DNA from: the human T2T-CHM13v2.0 reference genome, Homo sapiens
Assembly: GCF_009914755.1 (NCBI RefSeq)
Contig: NC_060947.1
Strand: one strand, 5' to 3'
Length of the DNA: 64,000 bases
Below the pieces are notes generated by a model. It worked only from the letters and a program-made list of their open reading frames with translations, was not told where the DNA came from and ran no database searches. The translations under genes and the position numbers were made by a program. Shown here piece after piece: positions 15,086 to 28,581 of this stretch (the first letter of the stretch is position 1; every line of letters begins with the position of its first letter).

Positions 15086-18000
15086 GCCAGCAATATTCAA
15101 GCTTTTCCAAATGCCGAACAACAGAGAGGATGCCCAGGCAAGCAGATGCTACACTCTTGCGCATCTGGCAGGTATATCCCTATTTTGGACCATCTGATGC
15201 TGGTATAAGAAATCTTTGAGTAACTTCTCCTCCTGCTCTGGTTCCTTACTCACAAAGCATTCTGATTATACTAATATGCTTTCCTGTGTAATATGACAAT
15301 AGGGAGAAAACACATTTACCCTATGACCCCAGTTACATACCCACCAGGGGTGGGGGACTTGAGCAGTGACATTTCACACTGCAATCAAAGAGGTTAGTAT
15401 TGCAGTTTAAAGACTTAGCCATAATGTAGTAACATTGTGAGCAAATCTTACCAAATATTCTACTTGAAGGCCTTTGTATAATGTAGTTTCTGCCTCTCCA
15501 GGCTGAGAAGACTTTCTTTAGACAACTGTTCCATTTAAATCCATAGTTATACTTGTATATATGTATTCTGGATTTTCTCTGCTTTATTCATATGCCCTCT
15601 TACCTTAGCTATATATAGACAAATGTTGAGGTTTTGGATTTCTTTAGTAAAGATTTCTGGAAAGACTTTGTCTTCATTAAAAAAAAAAAAAAAAACTACC
15701 CTCACTTCATCCCATTAAATTTATGACAAAAAATTATTTTTAAAATTGTTCTTAACCTGGTGCATATAATAGGTAGAAAACATCTCGGCCTGAACCCTTC
15801 TGTTTCTTCTCTGTGTGACATGTATATAGACCTGGCAGGCACTCGGTGTCCTTGATTAGATGGTTGCTAATCAGGAAAGGAGGACATTCCAACTGTGCTC
15901 TCCAGTGACAGAGATTTGTGCTCAGAAAGCAGCTTATATTTTTTGCCTCCCTCTGTCCCTTCAGTGATCACATCCAAGTTATTTTCCAATTCTTGTTGCT
16001 GTCTGCTACCTATACTAAATGAATACTAATGGTGTTTTATAAAAACCTTTGTATCCATCTAAGCTGTTAGCCTCTTAAGGGCATTTTCATTTTCTTATTT
16101 CAGGCTATGTCTTTCCTTCATCATTCTGCCCTTGTCTCTATTGAAAAGATAGCATCTTTTTTAGCATATTCAAAGGCAATGAAGTCTTTTTTTTTTGTTA
16201 GATGTCATCATTATAGGTATGGATGGATCACTTCATATCAACGTCATCCTCAAAGATCCTGAGAAACATCTTGAAAAAGAAAAGAATGGCTTTTTTGGGG
16301 GGTGGGGGAGCTGGAAATTAAATCAAAGCAATACAAAACTCACCCATTTAACTGCCCTGAGTGAAGGTTAGATATATCTAATCTATCCAAGATGCCTAAC
16401 TTAAATATTTAGGTACTTTTATTTTGCAAGTCCCTGTATGACCTGAAATCAGCTACCCAGTAACCCTCAGAAATTTGAACTAAGAATACTTTTCATGCAT
16501 ACACCTTCCTAAAAGTTCACTTCTTACCGAAGGATGAATCCTTGGGAATTCTTGTCTCATCATGTAGAAGGGCATCTTGTTGCTATGCACAATGTCATCA
16601 TCGGGACTCAAGCCAAGTACATGCTAGAAAGCCTCAACTGTTGATCAATGGCAAGTACATCAGCTTGTTTAAAATATCATGGGGTTCTCCAGGCATTTCA
16701 TTTTCTAATTGTGAACAATTATTTGCATTTAATTTAGATCTCATCTTGCTGCCTGCAAGTCAGATGGCAACACCACCAGAGCCAGAGGAAGTAATTACAT
16801 AATCTCCAATATCTTTCCATCAATTAATTTATTTGGATGAGTTTAAATGCTAACATAAGGAAGTGCTTGATAGTGTTAGCTACAGGCAGGCAAAGGGGGG
16901 TGATTGTAAAGTGAGTCATCCACATTTTCCAGCTCAGCTGTATTATGGTTAGCTCATGCTTATTAAAGCAACATTGCAATCTTGAATTTGCTTTTCAGTA
17001 AAGATTAATGGAAGTCCTAGTAGGGTTTAGCAACATATTTAGCAATTTTTTCTGATAATTTACCAGGGTTCTTGTTCAGTTAATTTAATTAAAATCAGAA
17101 AGTTATAAGTTAGTGATAAAAATAACCACTTTGAAGGTTGTTGTAAGGATCAAATGAGGTAATATATGTAAATTACTTCAGTTACTGACCACTGGCTGGC
17201 TCTCGATGTACAAAATTCATTGTTTTTGTTTCTGTTAATATCAATTTGTTTCTAGAAAAATACAAGATAATAACTTTGAGACAAAATATCTCAGTAACAA
17301 AATTCTTTTACTAGAAACAAGTTAGGAAAGAGAAAAGAGTTATTATTTATTATTTTTTCAAACGTTAAGAAGAGCAGAGGCCCAAATTACTAATTTTATT
17401 TTTTATGAATTATCGCACATTTCATGGATTGGGATTTTCAAACTTTTGGTGTCTATAGTCTTTGCTGAGACAGAAGACCATAAAGACATCTAGTCAACCT
17501 ACTCCCAGATGCCAACCCCAAATAAATCAATCCGGAAAACTAAAGATGAGAAGGAACAGGGGTGATTAAAAGGGAAGAAAACTAACATTTTGTGTATGCT
17601 AACTATGTGCTTAGAGCTGAGCCAGATACGTGACATCAATCTATGGGCAGACTTTGGAATTAAACTCAGTTGCTGCTATAAGTGCATCATTCCATTTTCC
17701 TAGTCATGGCTTTACTATTAACTCTTGCACTTGTGCACTAAGGTGGGTGAAGAGGCAGGCGGGGATAGGGCTGGGAATAAGAACAAAAATAAAGAGTTGG
17801 TACAGCCAGACTATGAGAGGAGATATTCTCTGAGGCTTTCTGCTCCCTCTCCTCTTCCTGCTCCATTCACCCATGCCTGTGGGTGGCCACCTTATAGTTA
17901 TCGTGAAATAATGGAAATAAACTGCGTTGCTTATCAGCACCATGTGAGCAGCAGTGCAATAGCTGTCCAGACCTTCCAGGCTATACTTGTGAATTTCCAG

Positions 18001-19409
18001 CCACAAAGCAATTCAGATTAAAGGGACTTCCTCTTTTATCTCTTCTCTCCCTTCTCCCTCTGCTGACAGGGAACATTATCCTGATACCATAGGCATATTA
18101 TATCATCTTCTTTTCAAAAAGGAAATAAAAAACAACCTTTATAGCTTACTGAGGATTATGAGGCAACCATATTAATTCCATCCTTCTTAAGTGGTTTATC
18201 TGTGTTGATATGGGATGTGAGTGAGGGTGGATTCCTCCATGTGTACCGCTTGCCTACAGTTGGCAAAAACTAGTAGGGAGCACAAAATGTATGTGTTTGT
18301 GTTTATATGTATAAGAGGCGGTGGCCTCTAATTTCATCCCAAGGATAAGTACAAAGTGAATGATGTCAGCTATTGTTTTGAATTATTAATATTTACCTTT
18401 TCCTCTAGTAAGAAAAACATTTACAGATTGACTATCTTTCCTTAAGCCTTCTTCAATGTAGAATGTTCTTAATCCGTCCCTCATGATATTTCTTCATGGA
18501 AACTGTCAATGGTTAAGCACACTCCTTTCAAAAAAATATTCTTCCTTTATGTCTTCCTCCCATTCTGGATGTAATTCTTCCCCTCTGCTTCTATATATGA
18601 TTTTTTCTTATCTCTTTCCAACTCCATTTCACCTCTTTTCTGTTGTGCTTCTTTTCACTGCATTATCTTATCCTAAAAGGTTCCTTATTTTCTACACAGA
18701 CTATAGAGTCCTGCCTTCCTCTAGCTAATGAAAAGCAGTTTCCTTACACAAATTTTTCACACTCATAAGGCATCATGAAAGTAACTTGCTTCTAAACTAA
18801 AAAAGAAAACCCTTAACATGTCAGAAGCGCAACTGATGAGTTTCTGATTCTCAGGATGCTTATCTGAACCTCTCCAAATTTTGAGATTCATCAATGTCTA
18901 ATAAATATGTCACTTGCAAACTCTCTTAAGCGACAATCGCATATCAAGCTCCACATACAATTTGGAATACCTAAACAGCCATGGTGCCCTGACATACTTT
19001 TCGGGCATTTCAAATCATCATCTGTAAAATAACACTGGACTTTCAAACTCAACACAGACACAAGCAACTCAATATATCTTTGGGTTGCCAGCAGCTCCGG
19101 AGGAGCCCAAGGGCTATTTGATGCACATCACAGAGCCTGTTCTTAGACTTCTCTGCCTCTTCTCCCTTTCGAGTTTGCTTTCCTGGCAGTGACAATAATG
19201 AGGCATCCGCAGGCAAGTAGCCATAGTTAGGGATATTTCCCATCCCACACTCCCTCAGTAAGCCCACTCGCTGTGGCAGAGTGAGAGTATCAAAAATGTG
19301 GAAACTATGGCAGGGAAACACTGGAATCTTTCCAATCACCGCCTCCAGTTGGAATTACATTTTACTAAACTAATCTGTCCCTGGAAACTTTAAAGTTAAG
19401 TATCCTTGT

Positions 19410-19655
19410 TCATAGCATGAAATTGGGAGAAAAAAGGACCTGAGTTCAAGTTGTGACCCTGGAATTCACCTGCTCTACAACCTTAAGTTTCTTCCCATAT
19501 CTAGCCTTCAGGCTCCTCATAAATGGAATGCTGATGATTAAAATAGTACCTCTTTCATAGGTTGCTATGAGTAACCAAGTAAATATTGCTTATAAATTGT
19601 GTGGCACATTGCCAGGCAAATGATGAGGGTTCAATCAATGGTATTTGCTATTTTT
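19410..19655 (+). mobile_element. MIR
   Basis: 'gacctgagttcaag...aatagtacctctttcataggttgctatgag...ttcaatcaatggtatttgctatt'. Confidence 0.7.
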
Positions 19656-19691
19656 TAATAGAATTTTATCTTACACTCTCTTCCAACCTCA

Positions 19692-20018
<327 letters not shown>

Positions 20019-20094
20019 CCACCAGAAAACAAAAAAAACCTTAATGTCCTCTAGCTCATCATTGTGTTCTACAACATTTATTCATAATAATGAC

Positions 20095-20440
20095 TGGACA
20101 AGGCAATGTTATGCTGCTGCAACAAAGAATTCTAAAATCTCAGTTTTTCATAGCCCAGTGTCAGTTGGACAATTGACTCTCCTTGACAGATCTCCTAGTG
20201 CAACTGTGGGATCCAGGCTTCTTGCAACCTATAATATGGCCATCTCTGAGTTTCTCACCTTGTGGGGAATAGAAAGCATGAATTTTTATGGAGGGGTAAG
20301 CACGGTGAGGCCTTGGATAGGGATATACCACTTCTGCTAACTCTCCACTTGCCAGAATCAGTCACATGGCACCAATATATAACTGTGAACCCAAGAGGAA
20401 GAAGTAGTATGGGTGAACATCTAGGAAGCCTATGTCACTA
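20095..20440 (-). mobile_element. Old MaLR LTR (MLT1J/K/L-like)
   Basis: 'gttatgctgctgcaacaaa...aaaatctcagt', 'cacttctgct..ctccacttgccagaatcagtcacatggc'. Confidence 0.6.
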
Positions 20441-20769
20441 GGATGATCATAGTGAGGAGAGGATGAAAGTGTGTTAAGAAATTTATTACTGCTGGGTTAA
20501 CACGATGCAAATATTAGGCTGCTTTCTCAGCTAGACACCATACGAACTTGTCTCAGATGGCAAAGTGGTTTGACTTGAGTACTTCAGAACTGAGAGATGA
20601 ACAGATGATTTTTTCCTCTATGTATGAATTGTAAAGGGTTTCAAATCAGTTTTGTATTTTCTTGCTTTTGTCTTTCATTCATTTTACTCTGTAGAAACTT
20701 CTGAAGCAAGTGAGCATGTCTCATTTTCCCCATCGATTTAGTTAACTGAAATAAGAGCTATGTAAAAAG

Positions 20770-21160
20770 TGAGGGAGAGAACCACAGCTACATACATTAA
20801 CCTGGATACATCTAGAAAACATACATTTAGGCAAAAGAACTAAGTGGCAAAAAATAACTGCATGCTTTCATGTTAAAAACCTAGAAAAATTAAATAGATT
20901 GTCTCAGGAAAAGTATGTGAGCTGGAAAACTACACAGAGAATTAAGGGAAAAAATTTTCAAATTGTGGCATAGTGTTTACCTCTGGGAAAGAGAAGAAGG
21001 GGGCAATTCAGAAAGAAACTTGGGGTGGGCACTTCCAAGGCTCTAGTCGTGCTCCATTTTTATAGTTGGGTGGCAAAAGTACACATATATTCATCTTGCT
21101 GTCAGTATTTAAGCTAAATAGGTATGTTTTATATTCTCTCTTCTATACATAATAAAAACA
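20770..21160 (+). mobile_element. L1ME 3'-end fragment
   Basis: 'acagctacatacattaacctggatacatct..aaaacata', 'atagtgtttacctctggg', A-rich end. Confidence 0.6.
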
Positions 21161-21419
21161 AACAAGAGGTATAATTAGAGCTTGAAGAAAGGCAATAGAC
21201 TTGTTCTTTGGTACTTTTATATTTTACCAAATTATGTTATTTTGCAAATTCATATTTGGATGGGGGTACTTGGACGTAACATTTCTATGTAGTCTCCAGT
21301 TTAACTTGAATTTCAGAAAGTTAATTAAATATCTGCGGCCTAATTTCAAATTCAAAACAAGGTAAGCGGACCCCTAGCACTCTAACTTTATGTCTGATCC
21401 AAATTCCACAGTGTTCCAT

Positions 21420-21953
21420 TTCTCTTTCGTTGCAAATCAAATCACCCCCTAACAGTGGCTTTAAATGGCAACAATCATTTTGTTATTTAATGATTTCTGC
21501 AGATTAGGATTCCAGGAAGCCTGTGGCTGGACACTTCTGGCTCAGGATCTCTCATGTGGTTGCAGTCAGATGATGACTAGAGCTAGAGAATCTGGGAGCT
21601 AGCTGGGCATCTCTCTCTCCTTGTAATCTCAGGGCTTCTCCCCGTGATCTCTCCACATGGGTTAGCTTGGGTTTTCTCACAGTATGACTCTGCTTTAGGG
21701 CAGTCAGACTGCTCACATGGTGACTAAGGGCTCCAACGCAGGGTTTGAGTGAGACTGCAGCAGAATTGCTTTTTATGTCTTCAGCTGGGACGTCAGGCAG
21801 TGTCCCTTGTGTTGTATTCTGTTGGTTACGAGTATGCCACAGGCCCTTCTGGATTCCAGGAGAGAAATTAGACCCCTTTTATTGATGGGAGAGTGGCATG
21901 TGGACAGGAGATAGATACTGCTGCAACCTCCTTGAAAAATATAATCTGCCACA
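21420..21953 (-). mobile_element. MaLR solo LTR (MLT1G/H-like)
   Basis: Ends 'gaaaaatataatctgccaca' (rc tgtggcagattatattt); internal 'ggttgcagtcagatg', 'ctctccacatgggttagcttggg'. Confidence 0.82.
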
Positions 21954-21966
21954 CATGTGTAATTGG

Positions 21967-22097
21967 AATAGTGACAGGATACTTTGTTATCCAAAATAGT
22001 ACTGTTTTTTAGACTAAAAGGAGGTGCTAGTAATTACACAGAGATAACAAGTAAAAATCTGGATTATACTGGACATACCATGACATATGGTCACCCT
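21967..22097 (-). mobile_element. MER94-like (hAT-Blackjack) MITE
   Basis: Termini 'tagtgac' / 'tatggtcaccct'; internal 'aaaaggaggtgctagtaattac'. Confidence 0.7.
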
Positions 22098-22487
22098 GGT
22101 AATAGGGCAACTAATCTTAAGAAGTGGATTGAACATTTCCTACCTGAAGATTTCATTAAAAATACATCACCTTTGTGATCTGCCTCATCGGAATTCAGAA
22201 TCTTTATCTCACAGAGACAAAATGCACAGACATCAGAAGTTGTTTAAAAAAGAGTAATCAGAATGGAAAAATGCTTTGTAATTGCTCTGTGTTCTCTCTC
22301 ATTTTATCATGGCTAGGTCACCCTTCCCTCCCACAGAGAGTCAAATATTTAAAATTGCAAGTTGAAAGTATTATCAGTAACACACATAACAGAAATTTTA
22401 ATGTCTCTGAACAACAAGCATTTTAAACTCTATGCAGATACTCTCCTGATGATTAAATGATCCTACTTCTTGCTGGGGCTTTAACCC

Positions 22488-22765
22488 AATGTTTCCCACA
22501 TTGTGTTTTAAGGAACATTACTATAGCTAGGTAGCTCATAGAAAGTATTTTCCACGGTGAAAGCAGTTTGAAAAATCCCTGTAAATTTTATCCTTCCTCT
22601 TGGGATTCACAATTCATACTATTAAAGGTTCTGAAGAGTTCCACAATAAGAAACATGTTAAACTTTGCTCTCAGTCTAACTGAGCATTTCCAGAATTCAT
22701 GTGACCATGGAAAGAGATTTTCTTTTTCCCCCTGAACGTCAGCAATTAACACTTGGGGAACACTG
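22488..22765. mobile_element. hAT-Charlie MER (MER112-like)
   Basis: TIR-like 'caatgtttccca...ttggggaacactg'; internal 'gattcacaat...attaaaggttctgaagagttcc...aagaaacatgttaaactttg'. Confidence 0.6.
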
Positions 22766-22980
22766 GTTTAACCTAAGCCAGAACGTGAGTCGACATTTAT
22801 CAAGAAACTTGGAATGATCAAATGCAATTAAATCAACCATTTTACATATAGAGGAACTGAAAAGGAGGCATTTGAACCATTTTACTAACAGATTGGTTAA
22901 GTATTTTAAAAAGTTTGTTGCTTCCCTGTGTAAGGGCTTAGATTAATAAATTTGCCCTGGGCTAATATTTAATGAACATG

Positions 22981-23009
22981 TTTAGAAGGATAAAACTTAT
23001 CCTTCTAAA
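22981..23009. repeat. Perfect inverted repeat, 13-bp arms, 3-nt loop
   Basis: tttagaaggataa-aac-ttatccttctaaa. Confidence 0.95.
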
Positions 23010-23824
23010 AAAGTACTTAATAAGGACATAGTTTTATTCATGCTTTATCTTGTTATGTGGAAAAAGGAACCCAGGTTTAAATGCAACTGTAGATTTTACA
23101 TATAGGGGCACTTTTTAAGATGTACTAAATACAAATAAACTTCCAATGTTAGTGCAAGTTTTCCAAACTGGGCAGGACGTTGGAAGTGAAAAGAAAACCC
23201 CACATTATGGATGAGCACCAAGGGAGTGGAGTTTTTAACACACATTAAAGAATTCCAGAAAACTTAATACGATAGAGTATTTCATAATTTTAGATACTTG
23301 AGAAATAGGTTTTTTAAAGATAGGAATTGAATAAACTCTTCTTACTCATCATTAAGTACATTCCTCATGCCAGAACCATGGTAGAAAATCCAAAGTAACT
23401 TCAGTCTATTTCTTTAAATGTAAAAGGAGGCTAACAGGGAGTTAATAAGGAACTCTATGAAACACTTAATACAAAAATCATGAAATAAAAAGTAAAGTAT
23501 ATGTTCTAATTAAAATACTCTATGTTTATCTTAACTATTATGCATATACTCTCTGGCAGTACATTTACTGCATGTAGAGAAATAAAACCATCTTGAGAAA
23601 TTTGCAGTAATAAGACAAACCAGATAACAGCCCATTTATTAACAACCCCGAAGGGGACATTTTACTTACCAAACAAAAACATGTACCATATTATAGATGG
23701 TATAGTTTTGCTGCATTGATTACCTAGAAACAGTTAAACCCTCGCTAGACTTGACAAATAATTAATATTGGGTAAAAACATTCAGAACTTCTCTATTCAA
23801 GAAACATTCTTCAACTTCTGAGAG

Positions 23825-25080
23825 GTGGTAGTTCAGCTTAGGGGCTAAGAGTGTTGTCTCTGGAATCAGATTGCTTCGGTTTTATCTATTCATTCAGCAA
23901 ATGTCTGTTGGGTGCCTAACATATGTTGGGTGCTGTTATAGGTACTGTGGATGGGAACAAAAGAGGCCAGAAAACCCCTGCCCTCATTGGGCTTACATTC
24001 CATTGATGGAGACAATAATAATGAGATAAGTAAAATGCATAGTGTGTTGAGGAACAGTATGAGCTAAGGACAAACACAAAGTAGCAATGAGGAATAGCAA
24101 AATTCACTTCTGTAATTTTAGATAGGTGGTCTGGCAAGGTCCCACCGAGAAGGGGATGTTTGAGTAGGGACCTGAAGGTAATGAAAGATTAAGCCCTGTG
24201 CACATACTGAAAAAGGGATTCCAAGCAGAGGAACAGCAATTGCAAAGGCTCCAAGGCAGGCATCCGTAACATTTCTGGAACCGTGAAGAGTCTCACGTAG
24301 CTGGAGCTGAGTGAGAAAGGACAAGTGGGAGATAAGACCATAGGGTTGAGGGTTAGAGGTTTTATAGGACCATGAAGGCCATTCCAGAGACTTTGGCTTT
24401 TACTCTGAGATGGGAAGTCATTGGAAGGTTTTGAGCAGAAGAGTTACTTCATCTATGTTTCAGAAGGATCACTCTGGCTTCTAGTTTGAGAGTAGACAAA
24501 GAGGGGCAAGGGAAGGCTTGGGGAGTCTAGTTAGGAAGCAACTGCATTAGGTACGAGATGCAGTGTTTTGCTCAGGGAGGTGGTGAGAAGTAACAGATTC
24601 TGCATATGGTTTGAAGGAACATCAGACAGGATGTGTTGATGTTTCCATTGAGTGCAAGCAAAAGAAAAGAGTCAAGGACAATTCCAAGGTTTTTGGTCTG
24701 AGTAACTAGAAGGATGCACTTACCATTATGTAAGATGGGAAAAATGTGGGAAGTACAGTTCTGGTGAGGCTGGGGCAGGTAGTGGGAGATCAGGAGTTCT
24801 ATTTGGACATGTGAAGTTTGAGATACTTAACATAATTCAAGTAGAGATGTTAAGAAGGTTGATGGATACAGGCTGGAGTTTAGAAGAGAAGTCTGGGTTG
24901 GAGTTAAGCATTTCAGTTTGAAACCTGGCTCTGACCTTTACAGGCTGTGTGATCTTGGGCAAGTTGCTGAGCTATCCCACTCCTCAGTTTCCTCATCTGA
25001 GTTATTGTGTGCACTAATTCACACAACATGCTTGGTGCCGTGCCTGGCATGTTGTAAGCACACAACAAATATGGTTACTT
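23825..25080 (+). mobile_element. MIR split by an L2 insertion (MIR parts ~23825-23880 and ~24915-25080)
   Basis: 'ggctaagagtg..tctctggaatcagattgcttcggt' resumes as 'ttgaaacctggctctgacc..gctgtgtgatcttgggcaagtt'. Confidence 0.75.
23882..24912 (-). mobile_element. L2a 3' ~1 kb
   Basis: 'ttcattcagcaaatg...gtgccta', 'ggctttactctgag..gggaagtcattggaaggttttgagcag', 'gagtcaaggac..ttccaaggtttttggtctgag', 'tttggacatgtgaagtttgag'. Confidence 0.9.
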
Positions 25081-25469
25081 TACAGTTATCTTAAAAGGCA
25101 TGTAGATGGCATTCTTTCAGTATGACCATAATTTCAATGCAAGGCTTAATTTCTCCATCTCACCAATGTTATCATCTGATTTACTCAGGCTTGGAACTTC
25201 CACATGACCTCTGGCAATTCCTTTGCTCTGCTTTTTTTTTTTTTTTTGCATCAGTTCTTTCTTCAATATGTCACATTCGTTTATTCCTCACCTCCCTTTC
25301 CTATTTCCACCATTCGACTAAAGAGGGTCCCCACATGTATAATCATGCAAGTGTTGCCACAACACAACTTCATGGGAATGACATTGCTGGGGCTGTGTAG
25401 TATTGTTGGGGGTGGGGAGGCTATATCATAAGCTTTATCTGTGAATCATTTCCAGTGTCCTCCACAGAA

Positions 25470-25690
25470 TGAGGTATGGCAGAGTGACTAGCAGCTTAGG
25501 CTTTAGACTCAGACATGTGTGTCTTTGAATCCCAGTACCATAACAACATCTTGGACAATTTATGGAACTCCTTAAGTCTCATTTAGTCCTCTTTACAAAG
25601 AGCACTGTAATATCTACTGCCAGGACTTGTCATGAGAATTAAATAATGTATAAAAAGCTCTTAGGACAGTGCCTGGCACATGGTACGTGA
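25470..25690 (+). mobile_element. MIR
   Basis: 'tgagaattaaataatgtataaaaagctcttaggacagtgcctggcacatggta'. Confidence 0.75.
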
Positions 25691-26039
25691 TCATTCTCAC
25701 ACAGGGACAATTTGTGTCCAGCCTTTTCTCCCTTCATTCTCCAAACATGTATCTTCCCCTGTATCAGATCAGTCTACTTCCCTGGGCCCTAAGCATTCCA
25801 TGCTTATTCCCTACTCTAAGACTTTGTTTATCTCCTATCCACTGTTTGGAATTCATTTCTGTTTTCTTTCCTCCTGACTCCAGTTAAAATCAAATCCTAC
25901 CTGGTCCATGAAACCTCCCCCTCCCTCGTCTTGACGGTTCATAATATCCTCTATCTCCTTAAAATTTCCAAGTTTCTTCCTGTTCACATTACCCATTTCA
26001 TACACGTTTGCCACCTTTTCAGGAAGGTGGTAAGATACA

Positions 26040-26225
26040 GAGGAAATTGTGATGTTAACCATTAGACCAGGCTGTAGACTCTACCTATTTGGGCTGGGTT
26101 GCCTTGCCTTGATCAAATTATTTCATTTCTTCTATAAGATGATAACAGTAACTCCTGTATCTAAGATTTTCAAGAGAACAAGATGGGATAACTTATGCAC
26201 CTTGATTTTGGTAAGTGATGAATAA
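26040..26225 (+). mobile_element. MIR (degenerate)
   Basis: 'ttctataagatgataacagtaactcc...ggtaagtgatgaataaa'. Confidence 0.5.
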
Positions 26226-26494
26226 AACAAATAGTTGTTTCCTTTTCCTTCATGTGCCTTATTTCTAACTAGATTGTAATATTCTGAAGAGCAGGGATTT
26301 ATGTGTGGGTTACATTTACTTGTATTTGTGTTAGTTTAAAAGCCATTGTGGTAGATCCTATCTTAATAGTAATCCATAGTAAGAAAAATGCATTTCTACC
26401 ATGTCTTGGCCCACTTGTCAATCTCATGCATATAACAAATATGTATCTGTATCTACATATAAATGAATATATAAACATATATTCACATATATAA

Positions 26495-26677
26495 ACACAC
26501 ATTTTTCAAAGCTTTATAAAATAATACCTTTCCTGTATAAGATGCAATCTGCTGTACTTTATTCTCTTTCATTCTATTCTATTCTATATTTCATTAAAAA
26601 TCCAGTTGCTACACACGAAATTGATTTTATGACTCTCTAATGGGTTTGACCGTGAGTTTTAATCAGTGAAAACACTG
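26495..26677 (-). mobile_element. hAT-Charlie (Charlie4z-like) fragment
   Basis: 'attctattctattctatatttcatt...aaattgattttatgac..ctaatgggt..gaccg...gaaaacactg'. Confidence 0.65.
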
Positions 26678-28109
26678 AAATATCACATTGTGGGCACCAC
26701 ATAATTGCTGGATGAGTACTTGTGACATGGAAATGTTTTTCACGGTGTCTTTTCACGGTCTCCCTGGCAATCTCCCTGCCAAAAAAGATGAGACAAATGA
26801 GATATACATTTCCAACTTGATAACTTGGACTCTGGGTCAGTCTGTATTTGGGATGTGTCCTTTTCTATAAACCACACAGCATAAATATGCTATGATCTCT
26901 GACAGCCCACTTACAATTTCAGTGTGTATCATGACACGCTGACTGGCCTCCTGCTGGCATTTGCCACTGTGCCATTGCAGCCAGTTACATAAATCCCTTA
27001 GGGTTCTGGGCCAGTCCTGGGCACTTTGTCCTCTGTGCATGCATTTGGCTTTTTAAAAAAATTTCCAAGGATTATCACTGGTTCGCTACTTCTCACGTGT
27101 TCTGTGAGAGGTTCTGACTGGCGTGGAATAAACTTACTCTTCATTTTTAACCCCAATCAAATTAAGAATCAATATTCCTTTGAAAAAGAAGGAAGTACAA
27201 GAGAGCAGTACAAGAGAAGTACAACGTGGGGCCTGAATGTTCTTCACACATCATCTCCCGCACATGAGATTCCCTTCCTGATTCCAATGACTAAACTTCA
27301 AGGAAAATCTGAGTTTTCTCCAGAGTTCATCCAAATTCGATCAATGTCTCCATATGAAACTACTTCCTAAACCTTCTGCCTGAGGCTTTGCACAGTACAA
27401 AGTGAGAAAGAAAGCGTTTCAGGCCCGCCCACTAATCTCTCCCACACACTTTCATGAGTTCTGCTCTTATAAAATTATAGCCTCTGGCAGAGAGGACCCT
27501 GGCACTGTATTCAAAAAATTATTGGACTAACTGAAATTAAAGCAATATGCACCTGGAAATTAACTACGTCTTGCTGTGCAGTAGAAATATGTAGAAAATT
27601 ACTGCCCTCCTGCCCTATACTCAGTGAGGTATATCAGCAGCCAAAAGAAGCCTGGGCCCCAGTTTGCAAACAGAATTTTAGTGTATATTTGAATAGGTTC
27701 ATTCCGACACCATTAGCGCATATTTGAATAGGTCATAAAACGTAGAATCTTAGGACCAGGTATTCATACACAGCCCCAGCTTGTATAAAACAAATTAAAT
27801 AGACTTCAGCATTTACATGTTTCTTGGCGTTTATCACACATGGGTAAAATGAGATTAAAAAGGCTGCTTTTTCTTGACATTGGGAAGACCTACAAAAATT
27901 TAATCAAACCTGAGTTGACTGAGTAGATATATTTGGAAAAGAGACAAACAAGTTTTACACATATAACTCTGCATTTCAGCAATATTTATTTTCTTTCATT
28001 TCTGTGTCTATTTCTTCCTTAACACATAGTAGGGATTCTATCAATATTGGCTGCCTTGAATGGGCAAATTACCATCAATTTGAGCCTCTATGAAAAAAAT
28101 CTGGCATAG

Positions 28110-28350
28110 GCATTTTATCAGCATTAATTGAGGGTCTTCTATATGCCAATTCTTTGCGTACAAGGGAATATAAAAATGAATAAATCAATGTTATTTGTCT
28201 CCCCAAGAAACGCCTGTTTAGTAAGGAGAGTAAATTGAAACAGTTAATTACAGAGAGCTGTGATAACTGTTCTTACAGAACTAAGAAAGGTCTATGGTAA
28301 CACAGGAAGAATGATGACAAAATCAAAGAGTACTTCACAGAAGGAGCAGC
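28110..28350 (-). mobile_element. L2 3' fragment
   Basis: 'cagcattaattgagggtcttctatatgcca...ggaatataaaaatgaataa'. Confidence 0.6.
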
Positions 28351-28429
28351 ATTTGGGTCAAGTAATGACATAGATGACATATTTTCTCCTTTTTGCACCA
28401 TACAGAAGGGTCTAACGATATGTTTTTTG

Positions 28430-28581
28430 TCACATATTTGATTTCAATCTCAGCTCTACATCTTACAATTACAAGGCACTTACAGCCTCTGAAGCTCAGT
28501 CTTCTGATGTGTATGATGGAGTGATAGTACCTGTCTCGTAGGATGGTGGTAAGGATGTATTGAGAGGATTCTTGTGTAGCA
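28430..28581 (+). mobile_element. MIR (continues ~29045-29105 after LTR)
   Basis: 'ctcagtcttctgatgtgtatgatggagtgatagtacctgtctcgtaggatggtggtaaggat'. Confidence 0.7.

Noticed and set aside
15341-15356. CCACCAGGGGTGGG as a CTCF site
   Set aside because: Lacks the GGC/GGA 3' part of the core.
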